A stretch of DNA of 64,000 nucleotides from a virus. The position numbers and the translations under genes were made by a program. The stretch covers positions 11,680 to 75,679 of IMG/VR virus record IMGVR_UViG_3300035523_000117. One strand, given 5' to 3'. Below, piece by piece: positions 29,527 through 39,084 of the stretch. The notes under the pieces are model-generated. The model was not told where the DNA came from and ran no database searches. It was given only the letters and a program-made list of their open reading frames with translations. Positions within the stretch are counted from its first letter, which is position 1, and each line of letters opens with the position of its first letter.

Positions 29527-30228
29527 ATGCTCTACCGAGAGTTCATCCCCCGTGAGCTCGCGCCGGGCTGGTTGCAGACGCCCAAGAACGCCGCCTGGCT
29601 CCGGGCCTCCGGCGACCTCAAGGACTCGCTGGCCGAGCGGTGCAAGGACGCGGTGAGGGTGCGCTTCGCTCGGCTCGCGCCGCGCGACGGCCTGGACCAA
29701 CTCGGCGGCGAGCGACAGATCGAGCGCGGCCCTTCCGAGACCAACGCCGCCTACGCGGAGCGCGTAGTCGACGCCTGGGGCCTCTGGCGCTGGGCTGGCA
29801 CCGCCCAGGGGGTGCTGCTCGCGCTGCGGGACGTCGGCTACGCAGAGGCGCTCGTCGAGATCGTCAACGGCAACCAGTACGGGCTGGACTCTCGGGGCGC
29901 TCTCGCCATCGAGGGCCTGCCGAAGGGGAGCTGGTCGTGCGACGCGACGCCGGACTTCTGGTCCAAGTTCGCGATCGTGTTCCCGCGGAACCCTTGGGGC
30001 AAACATCGAGTCGGCAAGCGGCTGGAGTGGGTGAGGCCTGGGAACGACGACCCGCGCGTCGAGCAGGTTCGCCGGCTGGTCCGTCGCTGGAAGAGCGCCC
30101 ACTCCACCTGCTCGGACATCGCGGTGATCAACGAGGGCCGCACCTGGGACTACCCGCACCGCCACCGAACCTGGGACAACCAGGGCGGGACGTGGAGCGG
30201 CAACGACGTGATGCACTACGCGCCGTGA
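29527..30228 (+). CDS. Baseplate/tail protein I-like
   Basis: LD.LG.ER.I.R, W...GT..GV..AL, V..WK.AH motifs; follows J. Confidence 0.6.
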   Translation: MLYREFIPRELAPGWLQTPKNAAWLRASGDLKDSLAERCKDAVRVRFARLAPRDGLDQLGGERQIERGPSETNAAYAERVVDAWGLWRWAGTAQGVLLALRDVGYAEALVEIVNGNQYGLDSRGALAIEGLPKGSWSCDATPDFWSKFAIVFPRNPWGKHRVGKRLEWVRPGNDDPRVEQVRRLVRRWKSAHSTCSDIAVINEGRTWDYPHRHRTWDNQGGTWSGNDVMHYAP

Positions 30229-30237
30229 GACGCGCCT

Positions 30238-31227
30238 ATGCCATCCAGCTACCGGGGCGACCCAGCCCACGTCAGACAAGGCCAGCGGCCGGTCATCGCG
30301 TGCCCGGTGGGCACCGATGCGCCCAACGCCGCGAGCGTCAACAAGCCGCTGCAGGCGCTCGCCGACTTCGTGGCGTACCTGCAGCAGTTCGCGGCGACCT
30401 CGGGCACCCAGCAGCCCAACGGCGAGACGCTCGTCGTCAATGGCAACCCTGCGCTCGGGACCTACAAGACCCTCGCTGCGGGCGCGCGCACCTGCCTCTG
30501 GGAGACCATCGTCACGGTCGGCGCGAGCAAGGTCACTGCGCGCATCTACCTGACGGCCAGCGGGACCATCGAGTTCGTCCACAACTGCGCCTGGGACGGT
30601 GGGGCGGCGCGCTGGAAGGCGGACCCCACCAACACCGAGCCGACCTTCTTCAAGACGGTGGTCGCCGGCAACGGTGGGCCGGCCCTCTTCGCGGCGGCGA
30701 ACAACGCGAACGGCTGGGCCGACACCGCGTGGGCCATCGTCGCGAGACTGAGCGGCGGGGTTGGGGGCGTTGCCCTCACGGATGGCGTCCTGGCGCTGGT
30801 GGGCACCACCGCGAATGTCGACGGCTCCAACCCGCCGGCGGGCACGGCGGTCGCCAACAAGGTCTGCGCCAAGAACACGTGCAAGGCCTGGGGCACCCTG
30901 TCGCTCGGCTACACGGGGATGAAGCTGGAGGAGGGCTTCAACGCGGCCTCGCTGACCCGGGTGAACCTCGGCAAGGACTTCAACAACAACGACATCTGGG
31001 CGGCCCGCATCACCTTCGCAGCGCCGATGCAGAGCGCGACGTACTCCGTCAGCCTGGCCATCCGCGACACCTCGCGGCCGGACCTGCTCCACGTGCCCTG
31101 CCTCTACGCGAAGACCGCCGGCTCCTTCGATTTCGTCCTGCGCCAGCAGGGCAGCAACCACTTCGACGACCCGGGCTCCTTGGCGGTCGGTGTCGACTTC
31201 CAGGTCTTCGGCCGCCAGGACACCTGA
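30238..31227 (+). CDS. Tail fibre/receptor-binding protein
   Basis: Last gene of tail operon; A.SVN.PLQALAD N-terminus; beta-rich C-terminus ending F.VFG. Confidence 0.6.
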   Translation: MPSSYRGDPAHVRQGQRPVIACPVGTDAPNAASVNKPLQALADFVAYLQQFAATSGTQQPNGETLVVNGNPALGTYKTLAAGARTCLWETIVTVGASKVTARIYLTASGTIEFVHNCAWDGGAARWKADPTNTEPTFFKTVVAGNGGPALFAAANNANGWADTAWAIVARLSGGVGGVALTDGVLALVGTTANVDGSNPPAGTAVANKVCAKNTCKAWGTLSLGYTGMKLEEGFNAASLTRVNLGKDFNNNDIWAARITFAAPMQSATYSVSLAIRDTSRPDLLHVPCLYAKTAGSFDFVLRQQGSNHFDDPGSLAVGVDFQVFGRQDT

Positions 31228-31293
31228 TCCTCCACGGCGGGCGGACCCGCGCCATCGCTCTTCCTCCAGATGGAGGCAAGTCCGGGTCGCCCT

Positions 31294-31399
31294 CAAGTGG
31301 TCGAATTTAAAGACGAAACCGACTTGATGCTCAGGCCGCGTAGAGCGTGCATGTGCCCAAGGCGGGGTTGCGAATGCCGCCGAAACGCAGAGCCAAACC
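31294..31399 (+). repeat. ~105-bp imperfect direct repeat, copy 1 (leader/promoter element)
   Basis: Aligns with 32442-32545: TGGTCGAATTTA, ACTTGATGC.CAGG, AGAGCGTG, CAAGGCGGG.TTG, GCCGCCGAAACGCAGAGCCAA. Confidence 0.85.
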
Positions 31400-31409
31400 G
31401 GAGGCAACG

Positions 31410-31679
31410 ATGGCTGCGAAGAAGAAGGCTGCAACGGTGGTCGAGAGGGCAGAGGCGGTGCTCGGCAAGAGCGTGTACGGGAGCCAGCAGCCGATGCTGG
31501 TGGTCGCGACGAGGACGACCGAGATCGCCTGCCCGATGAGGCACAACCGAGCGATCGGGCTGCGCGCGGCGGCCGAGGTGGAGCTGGCACTGGCGGCCGT
31601 CGCCGACAAGGGCTGGCTGGTCAACGACCCGGTCTGGGGTGACGAGCAGCGGCTGCCCGCCGGCTGGCGCACCACCTAA
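31410..31679 (+). CDS. Hypothetical protein
   Basis: GGAGG RBS directly after repeat copy 1; GC3-rich. Confidence 0.6.
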   Translation: MAAKKKAATVVERAEAVLGKSVYGSQQPMLVVATRTTEIACPMRHNRAIGLRAAAEVELALAAVADKGWLVNDPVWGDEQRLPAGWRTT

Positions 31680-31774
31680 CTGATCAAGCTCGAGGGATGC
31701 CAGGGCGCCAACCCCGAGGTGGCGATGGACGCCCTCGCCAAGGTGGCCGGGATGCTCGCGAAGGGGGCGCTGCG

Positions 31775-31960
31775 ATGACCGGCCCCGAGTTCTTCCAGAC
31801 GAGGATGGGAGCAAAGTTCTACGAGGCGACGATGCCCAAGATCGCCGACCAACTCGAGCGCCTCAACGCCAACCTGGAGGCACTGGTCACCGAGATGCGC
31901 CTGCAGCGCGAGGAGCAGCGGAGCGGCCCCGACGGGAAGAAGGCCGACGACCAGCAGTAG
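31775..31960 (+). CDS. Small hypothetical protein (coiled-coil)
   Basis: MTGPEFFQTRMGAKFYE...IADQLERLN; AAGGGGG upstream. Confidence 0.6.
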   Translation: MTGPEFFQTRMGAKFYEATMPKIADQLERLNANLEALVTEMRLQREEQRSGPDGKKADDQQ

Positions 31961-31977
31961 AAGCGAAGGCGATTCTG

Positions 31978-32090
31978 GATGCCCCGCCGGCCCTGCGCCT
32001 CGCGGGGCATCGTCGTCTCCGGCGCCCGAGGGTCGCGCTCCCCAAAAATGGAACCGCTCGCTCCCCGGGGCCGGCCGAGAAGCGAGCGGT
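31978..32090. repeat. Two GC-rich 10-bp inverted repeats
   Basis: GATGCCCCGC (31978-87)/GCGGGGCATC (32002-11) and ACCGCTCGCT (32053-62)/AGCGAGCGGT (32081-90). Confidence 0.75.
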
Positions 32091-32441
32091 GGGGATCCGC
32101 CAATCGGATACCCAACGGTCCCGATACCGAGCAATCGGAGTGCCACGGCCTTCGCCACGCCGGCGCGCCGGTGGAACAGCTGGGAAGCACAGGTGATCGT
32201 TTCAGCCAGGTGCTCCCTGGCCCTATGCCCGTCGTTCTGGATCCGCGGCAGTCGTGTCGCGCGCTGCGCCCCGACTGCGCATCTCCAGGAGGTGAAGGTG
32301 GGTTCTTGTGCGACGGCCCGACCCTCGCTCGCTCATCATCGGTGGAGGGTGGAAGTCAACGCAGTCGAGGCGACCTTCCGCTCCGCGCCATCACTCCGCG
32401 GGCCCCAGAACGCCAGTCCAATCGACCATCGCAGGCGTATC

Positions 32442-32545
32442 CAACTGGTCGAATTTACTAGCGAATCAACTTGATGCCCAGGGGCGCCAGAGCGTGACTG
32501 TGTTCAAGGCGGGCTTGAGAACGCCGCCGAAACGCAGAGCCAACC
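32442..32545 (+). repeat. ~105-bp imperfect direct repeat, copy 2
   Basis: See copy 1; lies 25 nt before the ATG at 32571. Confidence 0.85.
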
Positions 32546-32570
32546 AGCAGGACCCAAGGGGAGAACGAAG

Positions 32571-33206
32571 ATGACCACCAAAACCACGAAGGCGAGCAAG
32601 AAGACCACGACCCTCCACATCGCGATCCCGGGCTCGGGCAAGCCGATCTGCGGCGCCAGCGGGAAGGGCATCAAGACCACCCTGACCGCGGCCGAGGCGA
32701 ACTGCGCCGACTGCCAGAAGATCGCGGCCCACGCGGAGGAGAAGGCGAAGAACGAGGCGAAGGCGCCGAAGGCCGAGAAGCCCGAGGTGAAGAAGGCGGA
32801 GAAGCCGGCGGCCGAGCCCCGCGAGCGCGACCCGCGCCTGCCGCCGCCCGGCACGGTCATCAAGAAGCTCGACCGCCACGGCGGGGTTCGCGCCGAGCTG
32901 AAGGTGACCGAGGCGGGCTTCATCTACAGGGGCGAGGAGTTCCGCAGCCTCTCCGCCGCCGCGATGGCCGCCGCCAAGGACCTGGGAATCAAGGGCGCCG
33001 TCAACGGCTGGATCTGGTGGGGGATCACGAAGCAGGCCACGAAGATCCTCGACCCGGTCGACGCGCTCGACGCCGCCTGGGTCCGCTTCTTCGAGCGGGT
33101 GAAGGTGATCGCCGCCGGGGAGTTGGAGGCGCCGGTCAAGATGAAGATCTCCAACGCCCTCGATCGCCAGGGCCGCGAGATCCTCGAGCTGGGCGCCACC
33201 CTGTAG
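32571..33206 (+). CDS. DUF2924-C/RAMA-like domain protein with N-terminal His/Cys motif and Lys/Ala-rich linker
   Basis: RDPRLPPPGTVI...V.E.GF.Y.GE.F.SLSAAA...NGW..WG matches the C-terminus of 52485-52958. Confidence 0.7.
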   Translation: MTTKTTKASKKTTTLHIAIPGSGKPICGASGKGIKTTLTAAEANCADCQKIAAHAEEKAKNEAKAPKAEKPEVKKAEKPAAEPRERDPRLPPPGTVIKKLDRHGGVRAELKVTEAGFIYRGEEFRSLSAAAMAAAKDLGIKGAVNGWIWWGITKQATKILDPVDALDAAWVRFFERVKVIAAGELEAPVKMKISNALDRQGREILELGATL

Positions 33207-33231
33207 GCCGCTGGCCCGGAGGCCGGCCCGG

Positions 33232-33265
33232 AGGCCCCGCCCTGGCAATGGGGCGGGGCCTTCGT
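33232..33265 (+). terminator. GC-rich hairpin, putative intrinsic terminator
   Basis: AGGCCCCGCCC-loop-GGGCGGGGCCT followed by a weak T tract; 25 nt after the stop. Confidence 0.5.
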
Positions 33266-33337
33266 GCAACAACTGTCCCCCCGCGGGCCGCGCGCCTCGC
33301 GGGGCGGTGTCGTTTCACGGACCGTGTCCGTGCTAGT

Positions 33338-33541
33338 AAGGGCGCCATCAACGGTTGGATCAGGTGGGGGAATTTGCGCCAGCCGGTGCGCGAGGCCGAC
33401 ACCCACGGCGCCTGGGAGCGGTTCGACGAGCGGGCTGGCGGCGTCCTCGCAGGTATGAAGGAGGACGAGGCGGTGCGCGCGAAGCTGTTTGTCGCGCTCG
33501 CCGCCCAGGCGAAGAGCGAGAAATTGGCGCTCGCCGAGTAG
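33338..33541 (+). pseudogene. Truncated paralog fragment of the C-terminus of 32571-33206
   Basis: KGAINGWIRWG...AWERF.ER vs KGAVNGWIWWG...AWVRFFER; no matching N-terminus. Confidence 0.45.
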
Positions 33542-33945
33542 CCGATAGACGACCGGCAGCACCCTTATCACGTGTGAGTCGCGGCTACAGGCATGGCACC
33601 AAGGGCAAGGACCACATAAACCCACTCAGCAAGAGCGCGACCGACACTCGCCCACACCGATCGTCCGACAAGACTGGAATAATTCACCGTCTGCGGCAAA
33701 ACAGCCGCAAAATCCGCAGGTTGCCTCAGTTCTATCCTTGACTTCTGCCTGAACTCTAACTTAGCTTGCCGCCATCTCTCAGTCGGGCGTGGGCGGCCGC
33801 TGGCGTGGCGAATCGACCGGCCCCTAACGCCCAAGCAGCGGGGACGGGAAGCACAGACCACATTGCCGGATAGCCGCGGCAACTAGCTGCACTTGAACGT
33901 GTGCGAGCGGCGGCCTTTGCCGCCCAAGAGCAGAGGACACTCACG

Positions 33946-34275
33946 ATGGCAAAGCTACTGTTCGCTTTTGCGGTCTTGGTCCCACTTGGCTGTGTCGAGA
34001 AAACGCCGGAGTCCGTGAGTCTTGGCCGGAATCGGCAGGCCGTGGTCGCTGGACAGCGCGTTACTCCGTGTGAAACCGGCGGGGGGTGCGTCAGCGGCTA
34101 CTGCATCGATGTCGAGTGGCTTGGCCTGGGCGGGCCGCGTCATATCTGCACCACGAGGTGCAGCGAGGGCGCCGGCTGCGCCGAAGGCTGGGAATGCCGG
34201 GAAGAGCAGAGTCCTGGTGGAGTGCGCGAAGGGTTCTGTATTCCAATGATGGTTGGGGAGGCCGCCAATGAGTAA
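33946..34275 (+). CDS. Cys-rich lipoprotein, first gene of Rhs operon
   Basis: GAGGA RBS, PLG-C lipobox, C-x5-C-x4-C...CT.RC pattern; overlaps the Rhs start. Confidence 0.65.
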   Translation: MAKLLFAFAVLVPLGCVEKTPESVSLGRNRQAVVAGQRVTPCETGGGCVSGYCIDVEWLGLGGPRHICTTRCSEGAGCAEGWECREEQSPGGVREGFCIPMMVGEAANE

Positions 34276-37200
34276 GTGCAGCTTGCCTTTGTCGCAGCGG
34301 CTTGGCGCAGCGCTTGTGGGAATCGCTTTGGCCATCGTCCTACAGCTGCCAGCTCCCGCTCACGCCTGCTATACCTGCCCCTGCCCTAACGAGACGACGG
34401 TCTACTCGAACCTCTACGTCTGCCTTGGGGCATGCGGGTTCAATTGCGCTCCTCAGTGCCTTGAGAAAACGGGGACAGAGTGCGAACAGAAGTTGAAGTG
34501 CGACGGTTCCGGCCTAGAGCAAGGTAGCTTTCGCGCGAATTGCGAGCAGCCTGACAAGAACTGTGAAGGCCAAGTAGGCGGCCCGGTCAATCTCGCGACT
34601 GGCGCGATGTGGCACCGGCCGGAAGCCGATGTGACCCTTCACAATCCGTTCCCATTTTCGATCCGCCGGGGTTACTGGTCCAAACTAGCCGAGCGCACCC
34701 CACCAAGATCCTCGATTCTCTCGAACGGGTGGGGAATCAATATCTTCGAATCCGCCAAGATAATCGAGTCCGCACCAGACGTTGACTGGGCCGCCATCTA
34801 CAGATGGGACGGTTCCATCGACATCTTCCGCGCACCGAAGGACAGCGCCAGTTGGGAGGCGGAGACGGGCAAGCGTCGGGATCTCTCGGGCGTCAAGGCG
34901 AGCGGCGTGCTGACGATGATCGACGAAGAGGGAGTATCCCGGGTCTTCAAAGGCCAGACCGTTGGCCAGCCATGGTTGATAACGTCGATAATCCCACCGG
35001 CCGGGTCCTCGCAGGCGGTCAACATCTGCTACGCGCCAGGATCGGATCCAAACAACGGAACGTGCTCCTGCTCGGGAACTCCTGCCAGCACCTCACTTCC
35101 CTGCCGCATCGAACCTGCTGCGGGGTGGGCCATCAAGCTTGAGTACGTCAACCAAGGCGGATGGCGGCTTCAGAGCCTGAAGCTATGGGACACCATCAAC
35201 CAAGCCCCAGGCGCAATCATTGCGGCCTACGGTTACGACAGCAGCAACCGGCTTAGTCTGGTCAGAGGCGCACGTTACACCTACGAGGGAAACACCTACT
35301 ACCTCTCCAAGGTCGAAGGACAGGTAGGATCGAGTTGGGCCATGCAGGAAAGCCACGTCTGGAAGAACATCCTCAATGCTACCTGCACGACGACTAAGGA
35401 CTGCCGCGTGACGCAGACAGAAGTTCCTGGCGAAAAATACACTATGACGTACAACACCGGCACGCAAACATACACAACTATCGTGAAAGACGAGTACAAG
35501 ACCGGCACGCAGACCTACACATTGACCTTCAATCTTCCCGACAACAAACTCGTCGGAGTCAGTCCGGCAGGGGGCTGCAAGTCGGGAGCGGTGTCGGGCT
35601 ATTCGTACAACACTAGCCATGCCTTGGGACTGCTGCCCTACGCCGTCCAGTTCGCTGACAACTCGTTCACGAGTCTCGTGGTCGACAACAACGGCGATAT
35701 CCGAAAGCTCGTTCAAGGCGATGATGACGACGACGCATCGACCATTCCAGCGACCGAGGCAGCCTGGGAGACAATCGACTATCATCCCGCATTTGGGACT
35801 CCCAAGGCGCTGACCCGCCCTAGCCTCTGCGGCGGGCCGAACGCGCGAGCCTATCTAATCTACGACTATGACGACCCCGCTGGGAGTCCAACGCCGACCT
35901 TCTGCGGTCCAGGAAATTGCTCGGCCACTCTCGCTCCTGCGGACTTCAATAGGCAGACGTTTCCGCTCAAGCAACCGCAGCGGGAGATCCGGATTGGCTG
36001 GACTAACAGCATCAACAATACCTGCGGAACCCAGAAAGCCTACGTCAGGACCTTCGAGTACGATTCCTCGGGACGATTGACCAAGATCCACGGCCCGGTT
36101 TCCGACCAGCTGACGGAGTTTGAGTACTACTCGGACCTCGATCCGCTGTTGTCCAAGCGGAACAGGCTCCAGAAGATCAAGGTTCTCTCTGCGAGCCCCT
36201 CGACCTACCTGACCTGGGAGATCACGAGCTACGACGAACTCGGCAACCCCAAGACCATAGTCGATGCTTCGTTGCAGACTTGGGACGTGACCTATGTGAA
36301 CGAGAGGATAGCGACTATCACCCAACCAGGCACAGGCGGCAACCGCACGACGACCTTCAGCTACGGTGGCGACGGCGAGCTTGAGACCGTAACTCTTCCG
36401 CAGGGGAACGCTGTCCAGTACGTGTACAACTCCACCACACGCCTCCTCACCAATATCAAGCGGAAAACGAGCCCAACGGGCACGGTGCTCGAGTGCCTGG
36501 AGTTCACGCGCGGAGACACTCACAACCCTGCGCGCGTCACCCTCGAGTCTTATTACACCGGCGACTGCTCCGGCGGGACTCTTATGCTGAAGGAGGGGTA
36601 CGCCTATGGCCAGGACATCAAAGGGCTGCCGACGACCGCGACAACCTATCGCGAATCGAGCAGCACAGGGCACAATCGGTCGGTTCTCTACGACACAATG
36701 TATCGGCTATGGAAGCTCACAGACGAGAACCATTCGCAAGAAAACTTGAAGTACACATATACCCGGATGGGGTTGCTCAAATTGGTCGAGCGCGCGCAAA
36801 ACAACGCCTACCAGAACGCTCAGGCTTTCGAGTATGACCTCCACGGCAATCTTCAGAGCGCTACCGACGGCATGGCGCGCACCACCGCCTATGGATACGA
36901 CGACTTTGAACGGGTGATCTCCACCTCTGGGCCGATGACAGTGACCTACGTCTACGACGACGGGGATAGGGTAACCTCAAGAGTCGAGAAGGTGTTCATG
37001 GGCGACCGAGGCATTTGCCGGCCACCCAGTCAGTGTCCCACCGCTTCGAATCAGACCATCAGTTTCTCTTACGACCTCGCCAATCGACCAACTGGAAAGT
37101 CGGGCCGCGATCTCTCGGTGACTGCCACCTATGACGACGGCGACATCTATGTGTTCAACTGCATTGGAGGAATTGGAACGCTACTTCAGCGGAGGGCCGG

Positions 37201-39073
37201 CCGGCTGGCGTCACTAGATCGCGAAACCACGACTGGGAACGTGACCAAGCTCAAGTTCGGGTACGACGAGCTAGGCCGTGTACTCCTCGAGGCCCGCCAG
37301 GACGAAGGCAAGTCCTGCTATCACATCATCGGCAGAACATACGGCGCGAATGGACAGCTCACCTCCATGAGCTATCCGAGCGGTCGCGTGGTCGAGTACG
37401 TATTTGGCGGGGCGGATGTCGACCGGCCAACGGGCATTCGGATGACCCCGCGAGGCCTCGCTCAGAGGGACGTGCTCACCAACGTCGCTTTTAAGTGGGG
37501 GATGCCGAGCACATGGAAAGACGGGGCCAACCAGACTACCGACATCACCCGCAACTATGACGGCAGCGAGTTGGAGCGAAAGCTCACGAAGGCGGACTTG
37601 TCGACGGGCATTACCTGGAGGGTAGACAGCCGGGACGCCATGGGCAACCCGACAGCTCTGCTTGAAAAGGATGGGGCGGTAGTCCTTCAGTCCTCGAGCT
37701 TTTCGTACGATGAATTCAGCCAAGTCGCCCCGACCGATTACTCCTATAACGCGGCCGGGGACCGCACCCGGGCGCCCAACCTCATAGCAAACTTGGTTTA
37801 CGCATACACGGGCTGGAATCTGACGACCGTGAGCCGTCCGAATAGTGAATTCTGCTTCTACCCGAGCTCTCAGGTGACTAACTTTGCCTATACCGACGGG
37901 TCTCGGCCGGCTTACAAGCGAACGACGTCCTATCCATGTGATGGTCCAGTGTTCCCAGCCCCGACGTCAACGTACACCTACTACCGCTACACCGTCGATG
38001 GGCTGCATAGCATGACGGAAGGCTCGCGATCCTTCACCTATGACGGCCTCAAGCGGCGGGCTTCTTGGTCCAACATCTCTGTGGTTCCGAACGTCACGGC
38101 ATATGAGTTCTGGTCGCCGGACAACCGATTGCTCGGCGAAATTGGCTATTACAGCACTAGTGGGATCGGTCCGCGGCCCATTAAGGAGTACATCTATCTT
38201 GGCAACGAGCGAGTGGCCGTGGCCACGGGAGAATGGTGCGACGGAGTGGCCATTATCGGCAAGTGCACGGTAGGGCAGTACATTGAGGGCACCACTTATT
38301 ATCTCCAGGGCAACCACTTGGGCGCCACCATTCAAGCGACCAATTCAACCGGCACCTGGGTGATGCGGGCCTCCTATGGGACCTTCGGCAACAAGACCCT
38401 ATCGGGCAGTGGCTTCGACATTGGCGGGCTTGCCTTCGCGCCCGGCCTCCCCGGACAATCAGATGCTGCAGGGTCGGACCCGCTCTACAATGGCCAGCGC
38501 TCCTATCTTGCGGGGTACGGCCGCTACATGCAGCCGGAGTCGGTCCTCCAGGTCCCGGGCTTGGTTCGTGACTATGCTGCGGCGGGCATGCCACTCAATG
38601 CGTTCCAGTATGCCGCCAACAATCCGCTTCGCTACATTGATGCCGACGGCCTCAAGCCTGGCGACTACTTCCCAACTGCGGAGGAAGCTGCGCGGGATGC
38701 TCTGGATTACTACAAGGCGGACAGCAAGAAGAACCACAGGGAGTATGGCGGAAGACTTTACAAATCCGTAGATTTCGCACACAAGGACAAACCCTACGTT
38801 GCTACGCCAGACAACGGACAGGGCACAAGCAGCAGTTGCAAGATTGAGGCTTGCCGCAATCCTTTGCAGGGGTCCCCCGGGAAATGCGCTGGCGACTATC
38901 ACACACATGGCGCAAAATCCACGACACACAAGGATGAGGAGTTTTCTGGCGAGGACAAGGACCAAAACGACAAAGACAACCTGCCGGGCTTCCTTCTTAC
39001 GCCTGGGGGCAAGTACTTGAAGTATTCCCCCGCGCCGGGAAAGCCGAGAGGCGGCACGGTTTCGCCATTCTGA
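34268..39073 (+). CDS. Rhs/YD-repeat polymorphic toxin with Sec signal, Cys-rich N-terminus and DUF4329/JAB-like C-terminal domain
   Basis: AHA-cleaved signal; GGPVNLATG; many YD repeats; core end YN..R.Y....GRY.Q.E...YA.NNPLRYIDADGL; tip REYGG...YHTHG...FS..D. Confidence 0.92.
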   Translation: MSKCSLPLSQRLGAALVGIALAIVLQLPAPAHACYTCPCPNETTVYSNLYVCLGACGFNCAPQCLEKTGTECEQKLKCDGSGLEQGSFRANCEQPDKNCEGQVGGPVNLATGAMWHRPEADVTLHNPFPFSIRRGYWSKLAERTPPRSSILSNGWGINIFESAKIIESAPDVDWAAIYRWDGSIDIFRAPKDSASWEAETGKRRDLSGVKASGVLTMIDEEGVSRVFKGQTVGQPWLITSIIPPAGSSQAVNICYAPGSDPNNGTCSCSGTPASTSLPCRIEPAAGWAIKLEYVNQGGWRLQSLKLWDTINQAPGAIIAAYGYDSSNRLSLVRGARYTYEGNTYYLSKVEGQVGSSWAMQESHVWKNILNATCTTTKDCRVTQTEVPGEKYTMTYNTGTQTYTTIVKDEYKTGTQTYTLTFNLPDNKLVGVSPAGGCKSGAVSGYSYNTSHALGLLPYAVQFADNSFTSLVVDNNGDIRKLVQGDDDDDASTIPATEAAWETIDYHPAFGTPKALTRPSLCGGPNARAYLIYDYDDPAGSPTPTFCGPGNCSATLAPADFNRQTFPLKQPQREIRIGWTNSINNTCGTQKAYVRTFEYDSSGRLTKIHGPVSDQLTEFEYYSDLDPLLSKRNRLQKIKVLSASPSTYLTWEITSYDELGNPKTIVDASLQTWDVTYVNERIATITQPGTGGNRTTTFSYGGDGELETVTLPQGNAVQYVYNSTTRLLTNIKRKTSPTGTVLECLEFTRGDTHNPARVTLESYYTGDCSGGTLMLKEGYAYGQDIKGLPTTATTYRESSSTGHNRSVLYDTMYRLWKLTDENHSQENLKYTYTRMGLLKLVERAQNNAYQNAQAFEYDLHGNLQSATDGMARTTAYGYDDFERVISTSGPMTVTYVYDDGDRVTSRVEKVFMGDRGICRPPSQCPTASNQTISFSYDLANRPTGKSGRDLSVTATYDDGDIYVFNCIGGIGTLLQRRAGRLASLDRETTTGNVTKLKFGYDELGRVLLEARQDEGKSCYHIIGRTYGANGQLTSMSYPSGRVVEYVFGGADVDRPTGIRMTPRGLAQRDVLTNVAFKWGMPSTWKDGANQTTDITRNYDGSELERKLTKADLSTGITWRVDSRDAMGNPTALLEKDGAVVLQSSSFSYDEFSQVAPTDYSYNAAGDRTRAPNLIANLVYAYTGWNLTTVSRPNSEFCFYPSSQVTNFAYTDGSRPAYKRTTSYPCDGPVFPAPTSTYTYYRYTVDGLHSMTEGSRSFTYDGLKRRASWSNISVVPNVTAYEFWSPDNRLLGEIGYYSTSGIGPRPIKEYIYLGNERVAVATGEWCDGVAIIGKCTVGQYIEGTTYYLQGNHLGATIQATNSTGTWVMRASYGTFGNKTLSGSGFDIGGLAFAPGLPGQSDAAGSDPLYNGQRSYLAGYGRYMQPESVLQVPGLVRDYAAAGMPLNAFQYAANNPLRYIDADGLKPGDYFPTAEEAARDALDYYKADSKKNHREYGGRLYKSVDFAHKDKPYVATPDNGQGTSSSCKIEACRNPLQGSPGKCAGDYHTHGAKSTTHKDEEFSGEDKDQNDKDNLPGFLLTPGGKYLKYSPAPGKPRGGTVSPF

Positions 39074-39084
39074 CGGGGTCTTCC

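Larger units (their letters stand above)
1..33541 (+). mobile_element. Prophage-like element 1 (Mu-like head, contractile tail); left end outside window, right end approximate
   Basis: Contiguous + strand replication, packaging, head, tail and baseplate genes in canonical phage order; composition changes after ~33.6 kb. Confidence 0.9.

Noticed and set aside
19592-31227. Stand-alone tailocin or eCIS delivering the Rhs toxin
   Set aside because: Terminase, portal and capsid genes are present in the same operon, no eCIS AAA ATPase is seen, and the Rhs has a Sec signal.
30238-31227. Diversity-generating retroelement targeting the tail fibre
   Set aside because: No reverse transcriptase and no template/variable repeat pair with adenine-specific mismatches seen.
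33738-33767. Sigma70 promoter TTGACT...TAGCTT for the Rhs operon
   Set aside because: The -35 is good but the -10 match and spacing are weak; not supportable without TSS data.
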